Source of the DNA: Sphingobacteriales bacterium
GTDB taxonomy: Bacteria > Bacteroidota > Bacteroidia > Chitinophagales > JADIYW01
Assembly (NCBI GenBank): GCA_947460245.1
Contig: CANHGL010000007.1
Span: forward strand, 7,739-71,738
Length of the DNA: 64,000 nucleotides
Direction of reading: 5' to 3'
Made by a program: the position numbers and the translations under genes. The notes under the pieces were generated by a model, which had not been told where the DNA came from, did not search any database, and saw nothing but the letters and a program-made list of their open reading frames with translations. Of this stretch, positions 28,013 to 37,598 are shown piece by piece. Numbering within the stretch: position 1 is the first letter of the stretch; the number at the start of each line of letters is the position of its first letter.

Positions 28013-29275
28013 ATGCAGAAGTTATTTAGAGTATTGGGAGAAACCCTCAAACTAACCTTGCAGCAGTTATGGCTCAATAAACTCAGGACTTTCCTGTCGC
28101 TTTTTGGGATCACCGTAGGGATTTTTAGTATTATAGCCATATTGACGGCAGTAGATGCATTAAAAAATAATATCAATCAATCCATTAATAGCATGGGCGA
28201 TAACGTGCTATTTGTAAATAAATGGGCATGGACATTCAGTGGTCCTAGTGATTATCCTTGGTGGAAATACTTTCAACGTCCAAATGTATCTTATGAGAAT
28301 TATAAATATGTACAGGCTAAGTCAAAGTTAGCCGAATATGTCAGTTTTGAAATAGGACCCCGACAACAACCGGAGATTTCTTTCCGAGATAAGAAAACGC
28401 ACAAGGCCCAGATTTCTGCTGTTGCAGACAATTATGGTAAAGTATTACAACTGGATATTGAGAAGGGAAGATTTTTGTCGGGCATGGATATTGGAAATGG
28501 ACTCAATGTGTGTGTAATTGGGAAGGATATAGCAGATAAGTTATACAAGAATGTCCCCAATCCGGTTGGTATGGAATTGAAGATGGATGGCCGACAACTT
28601 ACAGTTATTGGCGTAATTGCAGGGAAGGGCCAGGATTTATTGGGGTTTAATTACGATAAATCAGTCATAGTGCCATTGGATTATTATGAACGTAATTTCT
28701 CGTGTGATGAAAATATGATAGATAAAACATTGGAGGTGAGAACGAGAAAGGGGGTGTCTTTGGAAGAGATGCAAAATGAACTCATTGGAATTATGCGGGT
28801 ATCACGTAAGTTGAGGCCAAAACAAGAGGATAACTTCTCTATAAATCAGTTGAGTGTGATAGCGAAGGGATTTGAAGGTTTATTCGATTCGCTAGGCCTT
28901 ATTAAATGGGTGATAGGTGCTTTCTCTCTTATTGTAGGTGGCTTTGGCATAGCCAATATCATGTTTGTAAGTGTTACGGAGAGGAAGCCCGTGATTGGGA
29001 TTAAGAAAGCCTTGGGTGCAAAGCGTTCAGATATTTTATTAGAATTTCTTCTGGAGGCAATCTTTTTATGCATGATGGGTGCGCTGGTAGGTTTAGCATT
29101 GGTATATGTAATGTGCATATTTGCCACTAAAGCTTCAGGTATGGTGTTTTCCTTAAGTTTGGTCAATGTGCTTGTCGCGTTTTTTCTCGCTTTTGTTTTA
29201 GGAATTCTTTCCGGTATTATTCCTGCCTACATGGCAGCCACCTTAGATCCTGTGGAGGCTATCAGAAGCAAGTAA
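28013..29275 (+). CDS. ABC transporter permease, MacB/FtsX-like (no adjacent ATPase)
   Basis: An N-terminal TM segment is followed by a ~230-aa periplasmic MacB-type domain and a C-terminal FtsX 3-TM bundle (GIKKALGAKRSDIL...PAYMAATLDPVEAIR). The track start at 28007 is TTG, with an ATG at 28013. Confidence 0.85.
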   Translation: MQKLFRVLGETLKLTLQQLWLNKLRTFLSLFGITVGIFSIIAILTAVDALKNNINQSINSMGDNVLFVNKWAWTFSGPSDYPWWKYFQRPNVSYENYKYVQAKSKLAEYVSFEIGPRQQPEISFRDKKTHKAQISAVADNYGKVLQLDIEKGRFLSGMDIGNGLNVCVIGKDIADKLYKNVPNPVGMELKMDGRQLTVIGVIAGKGQDLLGFNYDKSVIVPLDYYERNFSCDENMIDKTLEVRTRKGVSLEEMQNELIGIMRVSRKLRPKQEDNFSINQLSVIAKGFEGLFDSLGLIKWVIGAFSLIVGGFGIANIMFVSVTERKPVIGIKKALGAKRSDILLEFLLEAIFLCMMGALVGLALVYVMCIFATKASGMVFSLSLVNVLVAFFLAFVLGILSGIIPAYMAATLDPVEAIRSK

Positions 29276-29286
29276 ATAATTAAGGG

Positions 29287-30246
29287 TTAACCTTTTTGTA
29301 ATTCTTCTAATGTTATCGGCTTTACATGCTCTTTGCTACAGGCTAGTCTTCCAGCTATATTCGATAGTGCTGCAATCTCTTCTAGATTACAACCACAAAC
29401 TAAAGCAAGGGTAGATACTGCAATTACAGTATCTCCAGCGCCACACACATCCGGATTGGAAATGGGAGATGAGAGTTGGGATATTTTGGTTGTAGAGGTG
29501 TTGAATATAAAATTACCTTCATCTCCAAGGGTTACCAATAGGTTCTTAAATAGAATAGAAGTATGCAGTTGCTTTGCTTTTTCTTCTAATGTGTCATCTG
29601 AGTTATCCGTCATTGCAATAAACTCAGACTTATTAGGTTTAAATAAATCCACCTCCCGATATAAATTCCAGTTATCGAGTTTAGGGTCTGTACTCACTAA
29701 AATATTATGCTTTTTTGCTAATGCTAAAACTTGAGGGATTATAGTAGCATTTAATACACCCTTGTTATAATCTTGTAAGATAATGGCGTGGGGTTTATGG
29801 TTATTTATGACGTCGTTAAGATTTTTTACCACAAAGTGGTTGGTTAATTCTTCATAAGTTGGCGCCTCTTCTTCATCTATCCTACATACGGGAGTTGTAT
29901 CCTGAAATAGTCTGGTTTTTCTTGTAGTGCGTTGTCTGGGGTCTGTATGAATATATTGATTGGTGATGTCTTCGGAATGGAGTATACTATAAATTTTTTT
30001 TGAAGCTTCATCATCGCCAACAATTCCAACGAGATAAGGTATAGCCTTCAGCTTCTTGATGTTTAGGGCAACATTTGCAGCTCCACCAAGATATTGTTTT
30101 TTGTTTTTTACAGACAACACGGGAGTATTCTTGTGCTCCGGAGAGTTCCTGTTGGATGAAGTATATACAAACTCATCAAGCATAATATCTCCAATGATAA
30201 CGATACGTTTATTTTCAAATTTGGAAAGATTGACCGATGTTTGCAC
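29287..30246 (-). CDS. PfkB-family sugar kinase, RfaE/HldE domain-I-like (D-glycero-beta-D-manno-heptose-7-phosphate kinase type)
   Basis: Motifs include KRIVIIGDIMLDEFVY...LGGAANVALN and the C-terminal DVCGAGDT anion-hole motif. The only start upstream of the conserved N-terminus is GTG at 30246. Confidence 0.7.
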   Translation of the reverse strand: MQTSVNLSKFENKRIVIIGDIMLDEFVYTSSNRNSPEHKNTPVLSVKNKKQYLGGAANVALNIKKLKAIPYLVGIVGDDEASKKIYSILHSEDITNQYIHTDPRQRTTRKTRLFQDTTPVCRIDEEEAPTYEELTNHFVVKNLNDVINNHKPHAIILQDYNKGVLNATIIPQVLALAKKHNILVSTDPKLDNWNLYREVDLFKPNKSEFIAMTDNSDDTLEEKAKQLHTSILFKNLLVTLGDEGNFIFNTSTTKISQLSSPISNPDVCGAGDTVIAVSTLALVCGCNLEEIAALSNIAGRLACSKEHVKPITLEELQKG

Positions 30247-30328
30247 AGAACGAAAATAATAAAATAATAGGCATAAACACTACCTCAATGGAGTAGTTGA
30301 TAAGTTGTAATGCTCTCTATGGTTTGGT

Positions 30329-31525
30329 TCAACTGAGTTTTGCTAATGCATCTTTAACTCTTTTAAAAGCCTCTCTTAGGTTGTCTTCGGATGCAGCATA
30401 AGAAAAACGGATACATTCTGGTGCGCCAAATCCGGCTCCGCTTACGGCAGCTACATGGCCTTCGTGCAATAGATATAAGGCGAGATCATCAGCATCTTTG
30501 ATGCATTCTCCCTGAAAGTATTTTCCAAAGTAGGCGCTTAGGTCTGGAAAAACATAAAATGCTCCTGCGGGAATATTACATTTTATATTTGGTATGGCTT
30601 TTAGTAAATCTAGCACAAGGTCTCTGCGTTTTCTGAATGCATCTCTCATGTTACGGGTTGGTTGCTGATCGCCGAGTAAAGCTGTAATGGTTGCATGTTG
30701 TGCGACAGAGTTTGCGCCGGAGGTGATTTGGCCTTGAAGTTTATCGCATGCTTTTGCTATGTAAGCAGGTGCAGCGATATAGCCAATTCTCCATCCAGTC
30801 ATGGCGTATCCCTTTGCTTGTCCGTTAACAACGATGGTCCGGTCCTTCATGGATGGAAATTCAGCAATACTTACATGTTCTCCGGCATAGTTGATGTGTT
30901 CGTATATTTCATCGGAGACAATATAGACATGCGGAAACTTTTCAAGTACTTGCACAAATTGGCCAATCTCTTCTCTTGTGTAAACAGATCCGGTGGGATT
31001 GCTTGGGGAAGAGTAAACTAAAAATTTTGTTTTAGGGGTAATGGCTTGTTCCAATTGTGCTGCTGTCATCTTAAATTCATTATCTACTGTTGTTGGAATG
31101 TAGACAGGAACAGCATTGCACAATTTTACTTGCTCCGGATAAGAAACCCAATAGGGTGCAGGAATAATGACCTCATCATCTTTATTTAAAAAGGATAGAA
31201 AAACGTTTGCCAGTGATTGTTTCGCCCCGGTAGAAACCACTATGTTCTCCGGTTTATATTCAAGATGATTATCTCTTTTGAGTTTCTCACAAATTGCTTG
31301 TCTTAGATCCAGATAGCCTGCTATAGGAGAATAGGAGTCATATTTTCCGCTATCTATAGCTTGTTTCGCTGCATCTTTTATGTGTTGTGGCGTATTAAAA
31401 TCAGGTTCACCCAATGATAAACTGATAATATGGATGCCTTTGGCAGTCAAATCTCTACTAAGCTGGGCCATTTTGATGGTAGAGGATTCGGAAACCCTGT
31501 TTAGTGTTTCAGAGGTATTTAGCAT
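30329..31525 (-). CDS. Pyridoxal-phosphate-dependent aminotransferase, class I (aspartate aminotransferase type)
   Basis: Motifs include SLGEPDF, SPSNPTG and the GQAKGYAMTGWRIGY PLP-lysine region. Length is 398 aa. Confidence 0.9.
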   Translation of the reverse strand: MLNTSETLNRVSESSTIKMAQLSRDLTAKGIHIISLSLGEPDFNTPQHIKDAAKQAIDSGKYDSYSPIAGYLDLRQAICEKLKRDNHLEYKPENIVVSTGAKQSLANVFLSFLNKDDEVIIPAPYWVSYPEQVKLCNAVPVYIPTTVDNEFKMTAAQLEQAITPKTKFLVYSSPSNPTGSVYTREEIGQFVQVLEKFPHVYIVSDEIYEHINYAGEHVSIAEFPSMKDRTIVVNGQAKGYAMTGWRIGYIAAPAYIAKACDKLQGQITSGANSVAQHATITALLGDQQPTRNMRDAFRKRRDLVLDLLKAIPNIKCNIPAGAFYVFPDLSAYFGKYFQGECIKDADDLALYLLHEGHVAAVSGAGFGAPECIRFSYAASEDNLREAFKRVKDALAKLS

Positions 31526-31628
31526 TCATTGAATTTTATAAAACAAAAATATCAATTTGAGTCAGCTTACAGCCAGATGGAATATTATATTTAATTGAAG
31601 TATAAGGATTAATCTGTCATATGTAATT

Positions 31629-31656
31629 AAAAAAGCTCTCGAATGAGAGCTTTTTT
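31629..31656. terminator. Intrinsic terminator downstream of the NlpC/P60 gene (symmetric, bidirectional form)
   Basis: The structure is A6, GCTCTC (31635-31640), loop gaat, GAGAGC (31645-31650), then T6. Confidence 0.8.
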
Positions 31657-31674
31657 AATTTTAAAAGATAAAAA

Positions 31675-32217
31675 TTACTTACCGCTAATTTTTCCTGCTC
31701 TGCAATACCGTGCATTCCAATAGGGGTCATTTAGGTTACTTACAGTAACTCCTTTAGAAGAGCAGGAGTGTGTAAATTTACCATCTTGTAAATAAATCCC
31801 AACATGAGAAATTCTTCCACCATTAACATTAAAAAACACTAAGTCTCCTTCCTTTAATTCCTCTCTGTCTACATATTCCGTTAGGTCTGCCAACTCTTGA
31901 GAAGTTGCATAAGCATCTGTGCAGTTAGCTTCTGTCATTAACTTAAAAACATAATTCGAACAATCAATACCTTTTGAGGTATTACCTCCTAATCTGTATG
32001 GAGTGGCAATCCATTTGTAGATATTTGTGTATAAGCCTAAATCTGCAGCTTTTGTGATATTTAATCCTACTTCTTGAAAGAAAGATGAAAAAGCATCCAT
32101 ATCAACATTTTTTTGCTGACATACCTTTTCTAAGATGGTGCAAAATCCTCCAGCTGCATAACTCTTGTTGGTCAGTAATGTGATAATTACAAATAAGGAT
32201 AATGCCATTTTCTTCAT
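31675..32217 (-). CDS. NlpC/P60 (C40) family peptidase
   Basis: A signal peptide is present. The catalytic Cys context is GIDCSNYVFKL, and the His context is GGRISHVGIYLQDGKFTH. Confidence 0.85.
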   Translation of the reverse strand: MKKMALSLFVIITLLTNKSYAAGGFCTILEKVCQQKNVDMDAFSSFFQEVGLNITKAADLGLYTNIYKWIATPYRLGGNTSKGIDCSNYVFKLMTEANCTDAYATSQELADLTEYVDREELKEGDLVFFNVNGGRISHVGIYLQDGKFTHSCSSKGVTVSNLNDPYWNARYCRAGKISGK

Positions 32218-32399
32218 CAGTGGTAAAAGTAGAAATTTTGTAATGTGGAAGTATAACTCTTCTCTTGCCCATACGGTTAAATACTTGTTAAAAAGTAGGA
32301 TTTTTTAACTAAACAATAGAAAATCAATCTATTATAAAAAAATACAGTTTGCCTTTAAACAAAAGTAAATTTATTAGTCATAGCATTAAGTTTATATTA

Positions 32400-32419
32400 A
32401 TCCAATGCATGCATTGGAT
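32400..32419. promoter_or_regulatory. Perfect 20-bp palindrome ATCCAATGCATGCATTGGAT, candidate operator upstream of the acyl-CoA dehydrogenase gene
   Basis: I read this directly and checked it base by base: 10-bp arms with no spacer. It ends 5 nt before the ATG at 32425 and 38 nt before the ATG at 32458. A regulatory role is inference. Confidence 0.45.
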
Positions 32420-32457
32420 GATAAATGGTAACTTTCCTCAAAATTAAAACTAACACT

Positions 32458-34263
32458 ATGTCTCAAGTTGCAAGTAAACTAATTGGCGGTAATTTCTTGT
32501 TAACAGATACGCATCCCAAGGATGTGTTTATTCCGGAAGAATTTACGGAAGAGCAGCTAATGATTTGGCAAACCGTACATGATTTCTGTTTAAAAGAATT
32601 ACATAGTTTAGGTTTAGAGAGAGTTGCTCAACTAGATGCCTCTAAAGACATGGAATTAATAAAAGAATTATTTCATAAGGCTGCTGAACTTGGTCTTTGC
32701 GGTGTTTCTATCCCTGAAGAATATGGAGGTATGGGGCTAGATTTTAATACAGGATTATTATTTACGGAGGCATTGGCACTAGGATTATCATTTGCCACTA
32801 CCATTGGTGCACAGGTTTCCATAGGATCTCTTCCCATAGTATTCTATGGTACTCATGAGCAGAAACAGCAATACTTACCTAAAATTGCTTCCGGAGAATA
32901 TGCATGTTCTTATGCGTTAACAGAACCGGGCTCTGGCTCAGACGCCAACTCAGCAAAAACTAAGGCAGTACTTAACGATGCCGGCACGCATTATCTATTA
33001 AATGGCCAAAAGATGTGGATTACCAACGGAGGATTCGCTGATATTTTTATAGTGTTTGCTAAAATTGATGATGATGAGCGATTGTCTGCATTTATAGTAG
33101 AAAAAGTATTTGGTGGTATTGAAATTGGTAAGGAAGAGAAAAAGATGGGAATTAAGGCCTCATCTACAGTCCAGTTATTCTTTAACAACTGTCCTATCCC
33201 AAAAGAAAATCTATTGGGTGAGCGTGGTAAGGGATTTAATATGGCGCTGAATATCTTAAATAATGGTCGTATCAAAATATGTGCAGGCGGAGTAGGAGGT
33301 ATGAAATTTGGTACTACAAAATCTGTGGAATATGCTAATCAACGTTATCAATTCGACAAGCCAATTTCAGATTTCGGAGCCATAAAATATAAGCTGGGAC
33401 AGATGGCAATGCTTGCATTTGTCAACGAATCTGCAGCATATCGTGTGGGTGCAGAAGTGGATAAAAAATATAAGGAATTGAAAGATAATGGAGCTACAGA
33501 GAATGAAGCGAAAATTAATTCTATGCGTGAGTATGCCATTGAATGCGCCATTTTAAAAGTGCAAGGCTCCGAGGCAGTATGTTGGGTTGCAGATGAAGCA
33601 ATACAAGTACATGGCGGTATGGGGTATTCTATGGAAACTGGTGTAGAGATGGCATATCGTGACGCTCGTATTACCAAGATATATGAGGGTACCAATGAGA
33701 TTAACAGAATGTTGAGTTTGGCAGAATTCTACAAGCGTGCCTTTCAGACCAAAGAGTTAAAAATTAATAATGCTATGCGATCTGTTCCGCTAGGTATTGC
33801 AAAGAATTTTAATCCTTTTAGTAGTGGTTTTTTAGCAGATGAATCGGAGATTGTTTCCAATCTAAAAAATGCTTTTTTGATAATTACAGGTTCGGCTGGT
33901 AGAAAACTCAAGAAGAAGCTCGTAGATGAGCAAGAGATCGTGATGAATTTGGCAGATATCATGGGGGTAGCTTATATGGCAGAATCCGCTCTACTTAGAA
34001 TCAAGAAGCTAAATTCGGATCCAAATTCGGATAAAGAGGCCTTGAAGATTAAGACTAAAATGCTACAATTGTATATTTATGAAGCGCTTGAAATAGCACG
34101 TAAGGCTGCAGATAATGCAATTGACAGTTATGGCAGAGGAGTGGAAAAATTCACAATGAAGCGAGTGATCAATACTTTGTTAAAGAGCTATGATATTAAT
34201 CCTACTAAAACGAGGAGAGAGATTGCAGAAGTAGTGATTGCGGCTAATAAATATCCATTCTAG
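32458..34263 (+). CDS. Acyl-CoA dehydrogenase, long (about 600 aa) form with C-terminal extension
   Basis: Motifs include ALTEPGSGSDA, QKMWITNGGFADIF, HGGMGYS and TKIYEGTNEINR. An alternative in-frame ATG at 32425 would add 11 aa. Confidence 0.9.
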   Translation: MSQVASKLIGGNFLLTDTHPKDVFIPEEFTEEQLMIWQTVHDFCLKELHSLGLERVAQLDASKDMELIKELFHKAAELGLCGVSIPEEYGGMGLDFNTGLLFTEALALGLSFATTIGAQVSIGSLPIVFYGTHEQKQQYLPKIASGEYACSYALTEPGSGSDANSAKTKAVLNDAGTHYLLNGQKMWITNGGFADIFIVFAKIDDDERLSAFIVEKVFGGIEIGKEEKKMGIKASSTVQLFFNNCPIPKENLLGERGKGFNMALNILNNGRIKICAGGVGGMKFGTTKSVEYANQRYQFDKPISDFGAIKYKLGQMAMLAFVNESAAYRVGAEVDKKYKELKDNGATENEAKINSMREYAIECAILKVQGSEAVCWVADEAIQVHGGMGYSMETGVEMAYRDARITKIYEGTNEINRMLSLAEFYKRAFQTKELKINNAMRSVPLGIAKNFNPFSSGFLADESEIVSNLKNAFLIITGSAGRKLKKKLVDEQEIVMNLADIMGVAYMAESALLRIKKLNSDPNSDKEALKIKTKMLQLYIYEALEIARKAADNAIDSYGRGVEKFTMKRVINTLLKSYDINPTKTRREIAEVVIAANKYPF

Positions 34264-34722
34264 TTATTTATCCATAAGGCTTTTAAATTCTTCCAGGGAT
34301 ATATTTACCTGTTCTATTACTTCATTGAAAGCTTTCAGTTGTTTCGGTGTAATCTTTTCAGTGATTCGCTTTTCAAGATTAAATACTGTCTTCAATGCAA
34401 TCTTTCTTAATTTTTTTCCTTCCGGCGTAAGGAATACCAGAACTTTTCTTTGATCGGTTTCATCTTGTTTTCGGATAATGGCATTACTTTCTTCCAAACT
34501 ATTAAGTGTTCTGGATAAGCTGTTGGGTTCCATACCAATTCGAGGAGCTATTTTTGTTACAGGCACACCATCTTCCTCATAAATTGCCATCAATACAAAT
34601 GCCATAGAGATGGTGCCATTATATTGGCTTACGGTTTCATTGAAAATCTTTACTATGTTAAGCCATGAAGTACGTAGGTGATAAATCACCATCTGATTTG
34701 CCGTCTGTTCAAATAAATCCAT
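34264..34722 (-). CDS. MarR family transcriptional regulator
   Basis: This is a 152-aa winged-HTH protein with VPVTKIAPRIGMEPNSLSRTLNSLEESNAIIRKQDETDQRKVLVFLTPEGK. Its stop codon abuts the ACAD stop codon. Confidence 0.85.
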   Translation of the reverse strand: MDLFEQTANQMVIYHLRTSWLNIVKIFNETVSQYNGTISMAFVLMAIYEEDGVPVTKIAPRIGMEPNSLSRTLNSLEESNAIIRKQDETDQRKVLVFLTPEGKKLRKIALKTVFNLEKRITEKITPKQLKAFNEVIEQVNISLEEFKSLMDK

Positions 34723-34827
34723 ATTCTAAATGTAAAAAAATAAAACAGATAAGGGCGAATTGTAAAGATGAAAAAATAGTTATTGTATCCTATTTATATT
34801 TCCATGCTTATCTTTATGCAGCTAATC

Positions 34828-34845
34828 AATTCCTCAAATGGAATT
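34828..34845. promoter_or_regulatory. Inverted repeat AATTCC-N6-GGAATT in the marR / SDR divergent intergenic region
   Basis: The 6-bp arms lie at 34828-34833 and 34840-34845, 29 nt upstream of the ATG at 34875. Arms this short could occur by chance, so a role as a MarR operator is only a guess. Confidence 0.25.
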
Positions 34846-34874
34846 AGATACACACTAACCATTTAATTTTTTTT

Positions 34875-36200
34875 ATGAGCGACTATCTCCAGAATGCAGC
34901 CCTTCAGAGAATGGCTAAGCTTTTAAATCTTCCGCTTCCATCTCCACCTATTTTAAAAAGAAATAGAGCTGCGCTTTCAGATGTTGAGCTAATTCATAAG
35001 AGAGTGGCTGTAGTAGGTAGGGAAAATTATTTTTTGAACGAGCTTCAATCTGTATTTCACAAGATAACAGAACACGCAACTATTTACGATGATATAATTG
35101 ATGGATTAGTGATGAGTTGTGTAGGTATGGAAACTATAGAAGATCTGGAGGATCTATATACAACTATAAAAAATACGGTATCTAAAATAGCTGCCAATGG
35201 TCGTGTAATCATAATAACAAGAGTAGATAATACATCCACACTTAGTTATACGGTTCAATGTGCTATTGATGGATTTTCAAGAGCATTATCTAAAGAAATT
35301 GGAGGCAAAAAAGGGGTTACTGTAAATACATTAAAAATTACTAATGAGAATATAATGCCATTGGAAGTAGCCCATGCCGCTCATTTCTTTCTTAGTGAAA
35401 AGTCGCCATTTATTACAGGTCAGGTAGTACTACTGAATAATGCATTCAACCCTGTCTTCAATTCATGCGAACAATTATTAAAAGATAAGGTTGCTATTGT
35501 CACCGGTGGTGCGAGAGGTATCGGCGCTGCAGCAGCAAGGGTACTAAGGCGTGAAGGTGCGAAAGTGATTATCGTTGATATTCCTTCTGCGCAACAGGAT
35601 GCTGAATTATTAGCGCAAGAGCTCGAAGGAGAACTTATTCTGGAAGATATCACAGAGGATAAAGCAGTGGCCAATATTCAGCAGCATATCATCAATAAAT
35701 ATGGAGGCTTAGATATTCTTGTTAATAATGCTGGTATTACATCGGATAAGACAATAGTAAAGATGAGCATTGATAAATGGCGCGCAGTTTTAAATGTAAA
35801 CCTAAAGGCAACAATTAATCTAACGGATGCCTTTTTGGAGAAAGGATTTAATAAAGGTGCTAAAGTAGTTGGCTTGTCATCCATATCAGGTATTGCAGGA
35901 AATGTTGGTCAGACAAACTATGCTTTATCAAAATCAGGAATGATTGCATATATGAATGCGTTGGTAACTAAAAACAGTGATATTTATGCTAACGCAGTAG
36001 CTCCGGGTTTTATAGAAACTAAGATGACAGAGCAGTTGCCTTTCTTTATTAAAGAGGGTGGGAGAAGATTGTCTACACTAAAACAGGGAGGCTATCCGGA
36101 AGATGTGGCAGAATTAATCGGATTTTTGTGTTCTCCAATGTCAGATGCTATAAATGGTCAGTACATAAGAGTATGTGGAGGAAGTATGATAGGTGCTTAA
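34875..36200 (+). CDS. Two-domain SDR, FabG4-like 3-oxoacyl reductase / 3-hydroxyacyl-CoA dehydrogenase type
   Basis: The C-terminal half is a classical SDR, with VTGGARGIGAA, NNAGIT, a catalytic S...YALSK and PGFIETKMT. It is preceded by a ~200-aa N-terminal non-catalytic domain. This architecture is known from high-molecular-weight FabG (M. tuberculosis FabG4). Confidence 0.8.
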   Translation: MSDYLQNAALQRMAKLLNLPLPSPPILKRNRAALSDVELIHKRVAVVGRENYFLNELQSVFHKITEHATIYDDIIDGLVMSCVGMETIEDLEDLYTTIKNTVSKIAANGRVIIITRVDNTSTLSYTVQCAIDGFSRALSKEIGGKKGVTVNTLKITNENIMPLEVAHAAHFFLSEKSPFITGQVVLLNNAFNPVFNSCEQLLKDKVAIVTGGARGIGAAAARVLRREGAKVIIVDIPSAQQDAELLAQELEGELILEDITEDKAVANIQQHIINKYGGLDILVNNAGITSDKTIVKMSIDKWRAVLNVNLKATINLTDAFLEKGFNKGAKVVGLSSISGIAGNVGQTNYALSKSGMIAYMNALVTKNSDIYANAVAPGFIETKMTEQLPFFIKEGGRRLSTLKQGGYPEDVAELIGFLCSPMSDAINGQYIRVCGGSMIGA

Positions 36201-36304
36201 GAATCTTTCTATTTAATCTGTTTTTTTTAAATTCTCTATAGTTTTTTTGTAATATTACGCCCTGTTAATACACACAAAATTGGCTAACATTTAAAATTCA
36301 AGGC

Positions 36305-37480
36305 ATGAAAAAATATTTTATTTCAGCAATACTATCATTCTCTGCTGTCTTACTTTTTGCACAGGAAAATATAGTAGAAAGTGTGAGCACGAAAGAACCT
36401 TTAAAATTACGTTTCAGAAAGAATGTAATGAGGCCACTTGGCAAGGATTGGTATATCACTTTGAGTGGTGGTTGGGGGATGCCTTTTTTGTCTACGAACA
36501 AACGTTCTCCATTAAAAGAGATAGGAGATAAAGATTGGTATCAGCGTGGTGGTGACTTAAGTGTAAAGCCCTTGTATGGAACTAATGGGGGTGGCTTTGC
36601 CTTTAATTTTGGTTGGGGGCATATGTTTAATAAGAATATTGGTATTGATGTTGTTCATACACTGGCATGGCATCCGGAAAAGCTAGATGCACGTATAGAT
36701 TTAGATAACTATTATGCAACGCAAAAGACCGGAACTTTTGGTGTCTACGTTTCTCCTCATTTAATTATGCGCTGGGACAATGGTAAACGTTTTGGTGTTA
36801 CAGGTAAGGCAGGTTTAGTACTTCCTATCTTTGGTAGTACAGTTTCGAGAGCATATATATTAGACAAGCAGGGAAGGATTATTGAAACTTTAGGAGGATA
36901 TCCAATTTTACCATTGAATATTCCAGGACTGTTTGGTCTGGAAATTGAATTAGTTGGGAAGGCACATACCTCTTACTATCCTACCGTTGGTGTTAGTGCT
37001 TCTATTGGTTTTGATGTGAAGCTTAGCCAGCGCGTAACTTTGTTTACAGAGGTTAGGGTTCAGGCATATACTATTCGTCTTAAAGAAACCATCTTTGATG
37101 AATTCAGGCAGACTGCTTACCTGAATGTATTGGGTATAAAAATTCCTGCGCCTAATGGTTTGTTGGCTATCCCATCCAATGTAGCAAATGTGGGAGAAGC
37201 TCCTGAATTCTTAAAGCACTATGTATATAGAGATGAGATTACAGAATCATCAAATACTGCCCGTTACGGATATAAAGAGATTATAGATTTAGATCCAACT
37301 AAACCCCAGGTAGATATCAATAAGCCGATGGATGAGCCAGGTGTGAAATTCAATGCTTCCACTTTGTATTTTAATGCTGGATTGAGGATTGACTTTGATT
37401 TGTGGACTAAGAAATTAGAGGCCAGAAGAGATAATCCTTCAGTTGGGAAAAAGTCGGCTTCTAAACTAAGAAAGCGATAA
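36305..37480 (+). CDS. Putative outer-membrane beta-barrel protein with a basic C-terminal tail
   Basis: The signal peptide reads MKKYFISAILSFSAVLLFAQ. Alternating aromatic/Gly-rich strands are present (GGGFAFNFGWGHMF, GVSASIGFDV, LYFNAGLRIDFDLW). A 25-aa K/R-rich tail follows. I recognise no family. Confidence 0.5.
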   Translation: MKKYFISAILSFSAVLLFAQENIVESVSTKEPLKLRFRKNVMRPLGKDWYITLSGGWGMPFLSTNKRSPLKEIGDKDWYQRGGDLSVKPLYGTNGGGFAFNFGWGHMFNKNIGIDVVHTLAWHPEKLDARIDLDNYYATQKTGTFGVYVSPHLIMRWDNGKRFGVTGKAGLVLPIFGSTVSRAYILDKQGRIIETLGGYPILPLNIPGLFGLEIELVGKAHTSYYPTVGVSASIGFDVKLSQRVTLFTEVRVQAYTIRLKETIFDEFRQTAYLNVLGIKIPAPNGLLAIPSNVANVGEAPEFLKHYVYRDEITESSNTARYGYKEIIDLDPTKPQVDINKPMDEPGVKFNASTLYFNAGLRIDFDLWTKKLEARRDNPSVGKKSASKLRKR

Positions 37481-37598
37481 TATTCGCCAACAGATCTATT
37501 TCATTACATATTAAGGACTCCCCTTGGGTTTTGAATAATATTTTTTGTATTTTTCTCTAACAGAATTCTATTCTTAAATTTTTTATTCAGTTAGTCAT

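Noticed and set aside
30270-30300. Possible minus-strand terminator after the aminotransferase gene (ACTAC-N9-GTAGT)
   Set aside because: The stem is only 5 bp and the U-tract is poor (GTTTAT), so it is not convincing.
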